From Candidatus Kaiserbacteria bacterium RIFCSPLOWO2_12_FULL_50_10 (GTDB lineage Bacteria > Patescibacteriota > Minisyncoccia > Phycocordibacterales > UBA918), in the NCBI GenBank assembly GCA_001783515.1, contig MFMN01000004.1:1-60381 (forward strand): a stretch of 60,381 nt of DNA, given 5' to 3'. The number at the start of each line of letters is the position of its first letter. Within the stretch, counting starts at the first letter, position 1. Shown here one piece after another: positions 47,956 to 58,500 of the stretch. The notes under the pieces were generated by a model, which saw nothing but the letters and a program-made list of their open reading frames with translations, was not told the DNA's origin and did not search any database. A program made the position numbers and the translations under genes.

Positions 47956-50427
47956 ATGGCAAAGAAAACAGTAGCACCGGAAGTCCCGGTAGCAGTACGT
48001 GGCGTCCAGCCGCACAACATCACCGACGAAATGCGCAAGTCGTACATCGACTACGCTATGACGGTTATTACCGGGCGCGCACTTCCTGATGCGCGCGATG
48101 GCCTTAAGCCCGTGCATCGTCGCATTCTCTACGCAATGCGCCTCAACGGACTCACTGCGTCAGCTCGTTTCCGCAAGTCGGCAACGGTGGTTGGTGATGT
48201 GCTTGGCTCATTCCACCCGCACGGCGACGCGTCGGTGTATGATGCAATGGTCAAAATGGCGCAGGATTTCTCTATGCGCTATCCGCTTGTGCTCGGGCAG
48301 GGAAACTTCGGTTCAATCGACGGCGACAACGCTGCGGCGTATCGTTATACCGAAGCAAAAATGGCAAAACTCGCCGAAGAAATGCTTCGCGACCTTGAAA
48401 AGGATACGGTAGACTGGAATCCAAACTTCGACGGCACCAAAAAAGAGCCATCAGTACTTCCCGCTGCCGTGCCAAATCTTCTCCTCAACGGCGTGCTTGG
48501 TATTGCCGTAGGTATGGCGACAAACATTCCGCCACACAACCTCAAGGAGCTTGTCGATGCAACGACGCATCTTATCGAAAACCCAGACGCGACCGTGCAT
48601 GACCTCTTGCAGTTCGTGAAAGGCCCTGACTTCCCGCTCGGCGCAATTGCGTTTAACCAGAAAGATATTGCCCACGCCTATACCAATGGACGCGGCGGCG
48701 TCACGGTGCGTGGCCAAGCAGAGATTGTCGAAGATAAGCGAGGGAACTATGCAATTATCATTACCTCGATTCCGTACCGTGTGATTAAGGCAACGATGAT
48801 TGAACGCATCGCTGACCTTGTGCGCGACAAAAAAATCGAAGGCATTCGCGACCTCCGTGACGAATCGACAACCGACATCCGTGTCGTTATCGAACTCAAG
48901 CAAGGCGCAAATCCGCAAACGGTTCTCAACAAGCTCTACAAGCTCACCCAGCTCGAAGAAGCCTTCCACTACAACATGGTTGCGCTTGTTGATGGCGTGC
49001 CGCAGACACTTTCGCTCAAGGGGCTTCTTGAAGAATTCGTGAAGCATCGCGAGGTTATTGTGAAGCGCCGTACCGCGTACGACCTCGCGAAGGCACAAGA
49101 CCGCGAACATATCTTGCTCGGACTCAAGCTCGCCCTCGACCATATCGACGAAATCATTAAAACCATTCGCGCAGCGAAAGACGTGCCAACAGCGCACGCA
49201 GCCCTCATGAAGCAGTTCAAGTTTTCACCCGTGCAGGCACAGGCGATTCTCGATATGCGTCTGCAGAAGCTTGCCGGTCTTGAGCGCAAGAAGGTTGAAG
49301 ACGAACTCAGGGAAGTGCAGAAGCTCATTAAGGAGCTCACCGCAATTCTTAAGAGTCGCACAAAGATGCTTGCTATTATTAAGGAAGAGCTCGTTGCCAT
49401 CGGCGATAAGTTCGGCGATGAACGTCGCACTAAAATCGTAAAGGGCGGTGTAAAGGAAATCTCCGAAGAAGACCTTGTGCCCGACGAAGAAAGCGTTCTT
49501 GTGCTCACCCAAGGTGGCTACGTGAAGCGCACGAATCCGTCGGAGTATCGTACCCAAAAGCGTGGCGGCGTGGGCGTTATCGACCTTTCAACGAAGGAAG
49601 AAGATGCGGTTATTAAGCTCCTCACCTCGTCAGCGCACAGCGACATTCTCTTCTTTACCTCAGCAGGTAAGGTGTATCGCACCAAGATGTATGAGATTCC
49701 TGAAGGAAAGCGTGCGACGAAGGGCAAGGCAATGGCGAACTTCATCCCTATCAGTGGCGATGAACGTGTCACCTCAATTCTCGCGGTACGTAAGGACGAC
49801 TGGAATGGCGATTGGTCACTTATGATGACGACGCGTAACGGCGTTGTGAAAAAGTCAGATGCAGGAGAGTTCAAGGACGTTCGCCGCTCAGGACTTATCG
49901 CCATGGGGCTTAAGGGAGATGACGAACTTATTTCTGCACAATTCGTGGGCAAGGGCGATACCATCTCGCTCATTACCGCAGGTGCGCAATCAATCCGTTT
50001 TGCAGAAAGCGATGTGCGCGAAATGGGTCGTGCGGCCGGTGGGGTGACCGGTATGAAAATCGCAAAGGGCGACCATATCGTATCGGCCGAAGTTATCCGT
50101 GCCGACGCTGAAAAGAATTCGTCAATCCTTATCGTCATGGAAAAGGGCTTTGGAAAAATGACCGAAGTTTCTGAATACAAAGTACAAGGACGCGCCGGCA
50201 GCGGTATCCGCACCGCAAAGGTTACCGAAAAAACAGGTAAGATTATCGGTGCCCAAATCATAACAGAAGCCGACAAGGATGGCGGCGAGCTCATTGTCAT
50301 GTCGAAGAAAGGGCAGGTCATTAAAACGCCACTTAAGTCAATTTCGACACTTTCTCGAGATACGCAAGGAGTTACTATTATGAAGATGCATGCAGGTGAC
50401 TCCATCGCCTCAATTGTCTCCTTTTAA
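47956..50427 (+). CDS. gyrA: DNA gyrase subunit A
   Basis: [23 protein letters not shown] catalytic Tyr, GyrA box QKRGGVG. Confidence 0.98.
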   Translation: MAKKTVAPEVPVAVRGVQPHNITDEMRKSYIDYAMTVITGRALPDARDGLKPVHRRILYAMRLNGLTASARFRKSATVVGDVLGSFHPHGDASVYDAMVKMAQDFSMRYPLVLGQGNFGSIDGDNAAAYRYTEAKMAKLAEEMLRDLEKDTVDWNPNFDGTKKEPSVLPAAVPNLLLNGVLGIAVGMATNIPPHNLKELVDATTHLIENPDATVHDLLQFVKGPDFPLGAIAFNQKDIAHAYTNGRGGVTVRGQAEIVEDKRGNYAIIITSIPYRVIKATMIERIADLVRDKKIEGIRDLRDESTTDIRVVIELKQGANPQTVLNKLYKLTQLEEAFHYNMVALVDGVPQTLSLKGLLEEFVKHREVIVKRRTAYDLAKAQDREHILLGLKLALDHIDEIIKTIRAAKDVPTAHAALMKQFKFSPVQAQAILDMRLQKLAGLERKKVEDELREVQKLIKELTAILKSRTKMLAIIKEELVAIGDKFGDERRTKIVKGGVKEISEEDLVPDEESVLVLTQGGYVKRTNPSEYRTQKRGGVGVIDLSTKEEDAVIKLLTSSAHSDILFFTSAGKVYRTKMYEIPEGKRATKGKAMANFIPISGDERVTSILAVRKDDWNGDWSLMMTTRNGVVKKSDAGEFKDVRRSGLIAMGLKGDDELISAQFVGKGDTISLITAGAQSIRFAESDVREMGRAAGGVTGMKIAKGDHIVSAEVIRADAEKNSSILIVMEKGFGKMTEVSEYKVQGRAGSGIRTAKVTEKTGKIIGAQIITEADKDGGELIVMSKKGQVIKTPLKSISTLSRDTQGVTIMKMHAGDSIASIVSF

Positions 50428-50555
50428 CTGATTCACTCAAAATGGGCGAATTTGCATTAGTTTCAGAAGTTTTTAACACTCACCGTATGTTAAATACGGC
50501 TCGGTCAAAAACTTCTTCCAACTAACGCAACTTCATCCCATTTAGAGCGAATCAG
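50428..50555. repeat. Family A long hairpin repeat, copy 4 (most divergent)
   Basis: CTGATTCACTCAAAATGGG...CCCATTTAGAGCGAATCAG; begins at the base after the gyrA stop. Confidence 0.9.
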
Positions 50556-50698
50556 GTTGCTTACGATTACATGACCAAAAAACAGCAGGCGCAACTGCAC
50601 TCAATTTAGAACGAATCCGATCGTCTTAAGACTGCGTGAACAAAGAACAGCTAGAAAGGCTGTTTTTTGATTTCTGGAAAACAGGGTATACTGTGCGT

Positions 50699-53176
50699 AT
50701 GAATTTGAATGGAGGTTTAGGCGCGCGGCGGATCAGCTCGTTCGCAGAGTTACGCGTAAAGGCGCAGGAGCAGCAGGATGCGCTCAAAAGCGTAGCGCCA
50801 GTTATTTCGTCACCGCTTATGCGCGCGCCGACACTTACCGAAACGGTGTCGCCGCAGGGTGAGCCTGCACAAAGCACAGCAGAAGCGCCGCGTATTATGT
50901 CGCCGCTACGGAGCGAGGCTGTTTCTGCGGAGCCTGTTATGGCAGCCGAAACAACAACAGAAGACGTTGTCGTTCCTGCTTCAGAAAGTGAGCCAGTTGT
51001 TGCAGAAGAGGCACCTGTTGCAGCGCCGGAAGTTGCACCCGATATATCAGTGACACCAGTAGAAGTTCCAGAAGCGGCGGAGGTAGTGGATGCAGAAAAA
51101 GAGGTGGAAACGGAAACTGAAGGAGTAACATTCGAAACCCTTGTCGCAAGCGCCTATCAGGTAGACGCACCAGAGTTTTCTCGTGCGGCAGAGCAGCTTG
51201 CACTGAGTCTTACGGGGCGGCTTGATCGCCATGCGTACTACCTCGATAGGCTTCGCATAGCCGCAGAAGGGAATGCGCGTCGTCAGCGTGAAGTAGAAAT
51301 GTTCCAAGCTCGCGCAGAGCTCCAAACCTCGCTCGGCGATAGTGTACGAAGTTTCTTATACATGCTCGCGGGAAGTACTGGCGAAGCGCTCCCTAAGCCA
51401 GAAGTACTTGCCACGCAGCGTAAAATCGCAACCGAGCTTGCGGGCTATCTAGAAAAAGACAGCGAACGCATCGCTGCACGGCTTAGTGAATGGGAGTCGT
51501 CAGAACCAGTAAAAAAAGGAGAGCTCATTGCTCCAAAGGAAGTGGCAGAGGTGCCGCCGGTCGCCGAAGCGACTCCCGAAGAACTTCCGAAAGGTCCTGA
51601 AGATGTCGCCTACGAAAGTCTTACGGGGGATTGGAAGACAATACGCGAAACGTATGAAGAAGGGGAGCGCTCATACCACGAAGCGCTTCGCGCCGAGCTT
51701 GCTGCACAGGCAAAAAGCTGGAACCCGCTCAAATCAATTCCGTATGCCGCACGAAAGATGTTTGGTTTCAACCAGAAACTTTCTGGAGAACTCGAGAAAC
51801 GAAAAACAGAATCGACCGCAAACGCAATACTCTATCGTGACGCCTCAAACGCGCTTGCTGTAGCAAAGCGAGATGCGCTCATGCATAAATTTGAAGGCGT
51901 AGCTGCTCCCGAGGAAAAAATGCAGACACTTCTCCAGCGTCACGAACGCATGCTTGGGCGGAAGCTCGTGCTTTCGCGTGCGAAGGAGCAACTTGCCGCA
52001 ATGCAAGAAGCGCCATCGCTCGCCGAGCATCCACGTATGCAGAAAGCTCTTGAGGTTCTGCAGAACAATAAGTGGAAGGTTATGGCAGGCAGCGTTGGCA
52101 TCGCTGCGCTTACCGGGGGACTTCTTCCGGTGCTTGCTGCTCTAGGCACAGGCGTTGCCGTGCGTGCCGGACTTGGCGAAAAAATAAAGTCGCTTCTTGA
52201 GCGGAGCAAAAACCGTGCGAGCGCAGAGAACGTTACTGCGCAGTGGCGGGAGCGACTTGGTTACCTCTCGTATGACGAGCTTCTTGCAACAGCAGAGCGT
52301 GCGCTCGAAAAAGTGGCAATGGCAGAAAAGCATGCAAGCTACACCAATCTTGCAGCATTCGGTGCCGCAGCAGTAGCGGGAGGTGCATTTGCTGGTGCGG
52401 GGCCAAACCTTGCAGACTATGCGGAGCATATGCCGCTTGAGAACTCCGTGCAAGCTGTTGTGGCTCCTGAGGCGCCTGTCACACTTCCTACTCCCGAAGT
52501 AAGTGCTCCTGCAGAGATTGTGCTCGCGCCAGAAGCTGTCGCTACTCCGGAGTACGTACCTACTGCTCCAGTAGAAGTAGCAGAAGTGCCGCCAGTAGAA
52601 GTCGCCCCCGCAGTGGCGCCGCTTCCTGAACCTGTACACATGGAGGCGCAAGAGGTACCTAGTGCTTCTTCCGAGATTGAGGTCGCACCAGCCCCTGTTC
52701 CTGAGAGTGTGGTGACTACAGAGTACGGTGTGCCAGTACAGGCTGAGGGTGGCTACCTCACGACTGCAGGTGCAGGAGAAGAAGTTGCAAACAGCGTACC
52801 GGTCGCCGAAGCGATGCCGGTTGCGCCGCAGCCTGCTCTTGAAGGAACACCACTTTCTCCAGCAGTTGCGGAGACCATCAAGAACATCGAAACCTTCAAT
52901 GTGGAAAAGCCAGGCTTCCTCGGTATGTTTAGTTCGAATGAGCTGCAGACAACGGGTGGTGAAGTGTATGCCACTATGAAGGACCTTACCCTCGACGATA
53001 TTGCAAAAATTTATCAAGATCCTGTCACTCGGGCTGAAGTATTTCCGAATGGGGTGAGTCCAGAATCCCTTGAACGATGGGTGACGTGGATTCAAGAACA
53101 TAACACACAGGAAACGCCTGCGTATGTGAATCTCAAACTCGAAGACTTTGTAACCACAGTGCACCGAGCACACTAA
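50699..53176 (+). CDS. Large hypothetical protein with E/P/A/V-rich linkers, helical core and Gly/Ala-rich hydrophobic segments
   Basis: Long ORF; TATACT-N6-ATG start. Confidence 0.8.
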   Translation: MNLNGGLGARRISSFAELRVKAQEQQDALKSVAPVISSPLMRAPTLTETVSPQGEPAQSTAEAPRIMSPLRSEAVSAEPVMAAETTTEDVVVPASESEPVVAEEAPVAAPEVAPDISVTPVEVPEAAEVVDAEKEVETETEGVTFETLVASAYQVDAPEFSRAAEQLALSLTGRLDRHAYYLDRLRIAAEGNARRQREVEMFQARAELQTSLGDSVRSFLYMLAGSTGEALPKPEVLATQRKIATELAGYLEKDSERIAARLSEWESSEPVKKGELIAPKEVAEVPPVAEATPEELPKGPEDVAYESLTGDWKTIRETYEEGERSYHEALRAELAAQAKSWNPLKSIPYAARKMFGFNQKLSGELEKRKTESTANAILYRDASNALAVAKRDALMHKFEGVAAPEEKMQTLLQRHERMLGRKLVLSRAKEQLAAMQEAPSLAEHPRMQKALEVLQNNKWKVMAGSVGIAALTGGLLPVLAALGTGVAVRAGLGEKIKSLLERSKNRASAENVTAQWRERLGYLSYDELLATAERALEKVAMAEKHASYTNLAAFGAAAVAGGAFAGAGPNLADYAEHMPLENSVQAVVAPEAPVTLPTPEVSAPAEIVLAPEAVATPEYVPTAPVEVAEVPPVEVAPAVAPLPEPVHMEAQEVPSASSEIEVAPAPVPESVVTTEYGVPVQAEGGYLTTAGAGEEVANSVPVAEAMPVAPQPALEGTPLSPAVAETIKNIETFNVEKPGFLGMFSSNELQTTGGEVYATMKDLTLDDIAKIYQDPVTRAEVFPNGVSPESLERWVTWIQEHNTQETPAYVNLKLEDFVTTVHRAH

Positions 53177-53188
53177 TCTATTCATCCT

Positions 53189-53470
53189 ATGCAAGACGAT
53201 ACAACAAACCCGATCACTGACCTTGTCGATGACTCTGACGAAGAGCTCGATTTCGCGCAGGAAGCAGGCATGGTTATCCTCGAGAGCGCCATCACCCGCT
53301 TCGTACTCGAAGCGGACGACGAAGAAGTACAGGCGCTTGAGACAATTCTCAGTGCCCACGACATCGCTACCGATGCACTCCCGAAGCTCGTCGAGAATAT
53401 TCCACGCTTTGCCGATATTCTCAGCGAAGAAATGGAAGGCTTTCAAAAACAGGCTGACGAAATCGTATAA
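53189..53470 (+). CDS. Small acidic helical hypothetical protein
   Basis: ORF 12 nt after the previous stop; terminator AAAATGCCCCGAGGGGCATTTT follows. Confidence 0.75.
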   Translation: MQDDTTNPITDLVDDSDEELDFAQEAGMVILESAITRFVLEADDEEVQALETILSAHDIATDALPKLVENIPRFADILSEEMEGFQKQADEIV

Positions 53471-53544
53471 CCTTGAAGACAAAAAGAAAATGCCCCGAGG
53501 GGCATTTTTGAATGGGTGCAGGCCGAGGACCTGCGCGACGGTGG

Positions 53545-54069
53545 TCAGTTCAGAGCTTCCCAGAGTCGTTTGAGAAGCGTGAGACTCCCCTTGAGGAACA
53601 CCTTGCCGTACGAGAAGATCTCGTGCGGGAAGATGTCGCGCCATGGACGGCCAGATTTCCAGACATACACAATTTTGGTGTTTTCAACACCGTTAAAAAT
53701 GCATGTCAGTTTCATTCTCCACACCTGGGTCGGGTCGCTGACCAAGTAATGGTGAACGATCCCGTAGCCTTGCTCCCTGGCGAATTTCTCCGCCTCGGCA
53801 ACCGATCGTAACGTGTCGTCCCAGGTACCCCAGGTTTCGTTGAGATGCCTCGCGGTGGAGGAACCTTTCGAGTAGAAGTTGTCGTACCAGTAGGTTGCAC
53901 AAACTGCACCGAGTCCTTTTGCTTGAGGAAAGCAAAGGAATACCGACGGCAGCTTTTGATTGGCCGCGTAGTAGTAGGCCTCAAACATTCGCGCCTCTGT
54001 CACGTGGCACCCAGGAGGGTATCCACATGACGGTACGATAAAGTTGTGAAGAACTTTTTGATTGCGCAC
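53545..54069 (-). CDS. Hypothetical protein, weakly YdcF/DUF218-like
   Basis: AGGAGG RBS and GTG start; LVSDPTQVWR and HEIFSYGK resemble YdcF-family motifs; own TTGACA promoter. Confidence 0.6.
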   Translation of the reverse strand: MRNQKVLHNFIVPSCGYPPGCHVTEARMFEAYYYAANQKLPSVFLCFPQAKGLGAVCATYWYDNFYSKGSSTARHLNETWGTWDDTLRSVAEAEKFAREQGYGIVHHYLVSDPTQVWRMKLTCIFNGVENTKIVYVWKSGRPWRDIFPHEIFSYGKVFLKGSLTLLKRLWEALN

Positions 54070-54150
54070 GGCAACCTCCTATAAAAAGTGAAAGGGGAAC
54101 GAGTCGCGTAAAATAATAGCATGTAGATGCTATTTGTCAATACTTTCAAA

Positions 54151-54284
54151 GTCTCGATTCCTTCTGAATGACAAAAGTAACGGCTAGTGTTCTAAAGAAA
54201 TAAATAGTTAAACCCACGTGGATTTAACTATTTAGTATTCAAAAACACTGCATGTACCTTTTGTCATCCTGACGGGATCCAGGC
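54151..54284. repeat. Family B composite element
   Basis: CTCGATTCCTTCTGAATGACAAAAGTAACGG ... CTTTTGTCATCCTGACGGGATCCAGGC; inner TAGTTAAA.CCACGTGGATTTAACTA palindrome. Confidence 0.85.
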
Positions 54285-54312
54285 GTCAAAGCATAAGACG
54301 TAATCGTTCAAT

Positions 54313-54365
54313 GTATGTAATTTGTCCGTCCAACTCCATTCGAGCAACGCCGGTGTAAAGGCCAT
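54313..54365 (-). pseudogene. Degenerate duplicate of the tRNA-Lys 3' half plus flank
   Basis: GTATGTAATTTGTCCGTCCA..ATTCGA..CAACG repeats 54384-54422. Confidence 0.65.
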
Positions 54366-54396
54366 GAAAGGTTGTCGTGCACCGTATGTAATTTTG

Positions 54397-54469
54397 TCCG
54401 TCCAGTTGGATTCGAACCAACGACCGTCGGCTTAAAAGGCCGCTGCTCTACCGACTGAGCTATGGACGG
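54397..54469 (-). tRNA. tRNA-Lys (anticodon UUU), CCA not encoded
   Basis: Cloverleaf: CCGTCCA/TGGACGG acceptor stem, GCTC D-arm, CTTTTAA loop, GTTCGAATC T-loop. Confidence 0.95.
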
Positions 54470-54524
54470 ATATTTCCGCTTTGGTGCGAGAAATATAGCA
54501 CATTAGAGGAAAAAGTCTACGTTT

Positions 54525-55541
54525 TTACTTCCCCTGTCCATAAATACTACGGAGCTTTTGTACATGTTCTTCATATGTTTCCGAACAGTGGAATTTAGTG
54601 CGGGTTTGATGGAAGTAGAAAAGGCAGTCTGTTATCGCGGGGTTAAGGGCAAGGAGGACGGTGTCGCGCGTTGGGTTCGAGATTGGCTCAGGCGGAAGCC
54701 CTTTGTTTTTGTAGGTGTTGAAGGGCGAATTAATCGCTTTGTCGGCAGCACGCGGTGTTGGCCACCATGATGCGGCGGTGCCGCGCGAATACTGGAGCGT
54801 TGCATCGAGCTGCAGCGCCATGTCGACAAAGAGCCTGTTCCAAATAACGCCAGAGATGATGCGTCCGTCTTCTAGGTTGTATGCCTCACGCTCAATAAGT
54901 GAGGCGATAATGAGTGCGTCTTTCAGTGGCACACTCGGTTCCTCAATGCCTTCGTATCGTCCTAAAATCTCGGTCGCAAATCTGTCGATAACCATCTGTG
55001 CAACAATAGCGGGGCGTGCTTTCTTGGGAACGATGTATGAGCCAGGATAAAATTGTCCGTCGATGGTGTCCGTATACGCTGCGGCAACTTGTGTCAGGAA
55101 TACGTCACGGTCGGCTTTTGACCACCCGAGTACATAGCCGATGTCGCGAGCTGCTTCCTCCTTGCGTTGCCCTGCGTAAATCACCACCACCTTGCTTGCG
55201 GGCATGGTAATCGAAAGCGCAGAGTCTTGCGCGACGGCACCAATCCACTTCGTAACGGGGTTGTCGGTAAGGAGTGAACGGATCGGCTCGGCAGTACCGT
55301 CGCTTGCGATGAATGTTTCGAATGCGTTGTCGCTGCGAATAGAGCGGCGCATCGGGTCGACAGAAATAGGAAAGGCGCTTTTGGTGCGGTCGTCAATAAG
55401 CGACGAAGCATCAAAGGTCATGGCAATATACGCCGTAAGCGTTGCAAAGGGAAGTGCGATAGCGAGAACAAGAAAGTATACCGCACGAACAACCCATATG
55501 TATCGCCGAGGAATAATTTCGAACCAAATAACGCGTCGCAT
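54525..55541 (-). CDS. mltG: Endolytic transglycosylase MltG (YceG family)
   Basis: N-terminal TM; IASLIEREA, VIWNRL, LQLDATLQY, SPFNTYKNKGLPPEPISNP. Confidence 0.92.
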   Translation of the reverse strand: MRRVIWFEIIPRRYIWVVRAVYFLVLAIALPFATLTAYIAMTFDASSLIDDRTKSAFPISVDPMRRSIRSDNAFETFIASDGTAEPIRSLLTDNPVTKWIGAVAQDSALSITMPASKVVVIYAGQRKEEAARDIGYVLGWSKADRDVFLTQVAAAYTDTIDGQFYPGSYIVPKKARPAIVAQMVIDRFATEILGRYEGIEEPSVPLKDALIIASLIEREAYNLEDGRIISGVIWNRLFVDMALQLDATLQYSRGTAASWWPTPRAADKAINSPFNTYKNKGLPPEPISNPTRDTVLLALNPAITDCLFYFHQTRTKFHCSETYEEHVQKLRSIYGQGK

Positions 55542-55548
55542 AGGGCGA

Positions 55549-58500
55549 TTATACCACGGGAGCGGTAAATGACTTGAGTGCATCAAGGATAATCGACTTC
55601 TCGTCGTTGCGCACGGAAACCTTACCTTTCACGGCAATAACAGAACCAGGCACAAGAAGTGTCCCCTGCGTCTCGTACAGTTTAGGGAACATCACGAGCT
55701 CGATGCTGTCCTTACGATTGACGAGCTTAATGAACGCCATTTTGTCACCTTTTTTGGTGAGGAGTGGTCGAACCATTTCAATCATGCCTGCTGTCTTTAC
55801 CTCTTGGTCTTCTTTCCATTCGCGAAGCACGCGCCCGATTGAAGGATAGGTACGGAGCTGTGCTGCGTAGTCGTCGACGGGGTGGCCGTTAATGTAAATC
55901 CCGATGAGCTCCTTTTCCCAGGCAAGCTTTTGCGATTTTGGCACGTCGGGCACTCGCTCGAGGACAAGGTCGCTTGCAAAACCGCCCATGAGTGCAAAGA
56001 GGTCGTCTTGCGCAGATTCCTTTTTCTGCATTTCTGCTTTGTTGAATTCAAGCATCTTCTCCATATTGTGGAGCAGTGTACCGCGCTCTTCGAGGCTGTC
56101 GAATGCGCCAGCCATGGTGAGTGCCTCCATGGATTTTTTGTTGATACCTCTATCAACAACGCGCCGCAGGAAGTCGCTCATCGAGGTAAATGTACCGCCA
56201 TGCTCGCGTTCGGCAAGAAGTGTTTGTGCGATACCTTCGCCGAAGCCTTTGATTGCAGAGAGTCCGAAACGAATGTGTGCGGGATTTTCCGCTTCGTCTT
56301 TGACAATCGCAAAGCCAGGGCGGCTTTCGTTTACGTCTGGCGGCAGGACATGTACACCCATGCGTTCACATTCGTGAATCACGTCAGTGATGGTCTCCAT
56401 GTTGCCCGATTCCGCGGTGAGGACGGCGGTCATGTACTCGACGGGGTAATTCGCCTTCATGTAGGCGGTTTGGTACGCGACGCGACCATACGACGCCGCG
56501 TGCGCCTTGTTGAAACCGTACGCCGCGAACGGCTCGATAAGAAGCCAGAGCGCTTCTGCATTCGCCTCGGAGAGTTTGCCGTACTCAAGAAAGCCCTTAA
56601 AGAGCTTCTCTTTTTCTGCCGCCATAACTTCGGGAACCTTTTTACCCATCGCCTTACGAAGCTTGTCGGCATCGAGCCACGAATACCCTGCGAGTTTAAT
56701 CGCAATCATCATCACGTCATCCTGATAGGTAATCACACCGAACGAACGCTCAAGAATTTCTTTGAGCCTTGGGTCGAGATACGTGACGAGCATCGGGTTA
56801 TGCTTGCGTTCGATGTATTGCGGAATACATTCCATCGGGCCAGGACGGTACAGTGCCACCATCGCGTTGATGTCGTGAATGGTTGATGGCTTGAGTTGCT
56901 TCAAGAATGCGGTCATCCCCGAGCCGTTGAGCTGGAAAAGACCCATCGTCTCACCTTTTGCAAGAATGGCGAAGGTCTTCTCGTCGTCAACCCGAATGTT
57001 TTCGATATCGATGTCGATGCCTCGCGTCTCCCTTACCAGCTTCGTTGCGTCCGCAAGAATAGCAAGGTTGCGAATACCGAGAAAGTCAAACTTGAGAAGG
57101 CCGACACCGTCCTCGCCGACGGAGTTTGATTCGTACTGCGTAATGAGCTTACCTGTTTTGGTGTCGGGCTGTACGGGTGTAAATTCCGTTAAGGGGAGCG
57201 GCGAAATCACTACGCCCGCCGCATGCACGCCGAGCTGCCTCGCGCGACCCTCGATTTTCTTTGCAAGGTCGACGATTTCGCGTACGGCGGCATCTTCCTT
57301 GTACATTTTTGCAAAGTCCGGCTCAATGTCGAGCGCTTTGTCGATGGTCATCTTTGAACCCTGCGAACCAACGGGAATGATTTTTGAAATCTGGTCGCCG
57401 AGCGAGTAGGGATGCCCGAGTACGCGCGCGATGTCGCGCACTGCCGCCTTCGCCATCATGGTGCCGAAGGTACAGATTTGCGCAACGTGGTCGCGGCCGT
57501 ACTTGTCGCGCGCATAGCTGATGATTTCATCGCGACGGTTGTCGGCGTAGTCCATGTCGATGTCGGGAGCAGACGGACGTTCAGGGTTGAGGAAACGTTC
57601 AAAGGGAAGGTTGTATTCGAGCGGGTCTACGTTGGTAATGCCGAGCACGTAGGTTGCAAAGGATCCCGCAACAGAACCACGAATAGTGGTAAGAATGCCG
57701 CGCTCGCGCGCTTCGCGCAAAAGGTCGCCAACGGCGAGGAAGTATTTTGCGTAGCCTTTCTTTTTAATAACGTCGAGCTCGTAGTCGAGACGCTTCAGCG
57801 CATCTGCATTGTCAGGTAAGTAGCCGCGCCACTTGTAGCCTTCGTACGCGGCGTCACGAAGTTCGTCATCTGGCTCCTTGCCAGACTCAATAATAAAGTT
57901 CGGAAAGTGCCAGACTTCGCCCGGCGTCATGGTGTAGCCGCACATGTCGGCGATTTTGAGCGTGTTCGCAAGTGCTTCAGGCTCGTCTGCAAAGTACTCA
58001 CACGCTTGAGTTTGCGAGATAAACGAGAAGTCTTCGTGCTCGCCCTCACCGTCGTCCATCATGTCGAGAATACCGCCCGACTGAATTTTAATCATGGCTT
58101 CGCGCGCGCGGTGGTCTTCTTTTTTGAGGTAGTACACGTCGTGTGCTGCCATAATCTGCACGCCATGTTCCTTGGCGAGCTCTTTGATTCTCGCTTGCGT
58201 TTCCATGTGTCCAGTAATTTCGGGATGGTGGGTTATCTCCATGTAGAGGTCGTCGCCAAAAACACCCTTATACCAATCAAGCGACGCGTGTGCGCGTTCG
58301 TCGAGATGATCTTTCAGTGCCGAAACGGGCTCACTCGAAAAAGAGGGAAGGATACACACCAGGTTTTCTTTGTACTTTTCAATGAGCGCATGATCAATGC
58401 GTGGCTTGTAGTAGAAGCCGCGCATAAAACTCTCCGTCACCATTTTGATAAGGTGCACATATCCCTCATTATTCTTCGCAAGGAAAATCACACGATTCCT

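Noticed and set aside
52142..53644. 500-aa minus-strand ORF and other long antisense ORFs (e.g. 5037-5951, 55882-56886, 57907-58851, 59574-60257)
   Set aside because: These are shadow frames of well-supported genes on the opposite strand, with no motifs or start signals.
1688..54284. CRISPR array or integron attC sites among the repeats
   Set aside because: The repeats are dispersed rather than regularly spaced with unique spacers. No cas or integrase genes, and no clear attC end motifs were seen.
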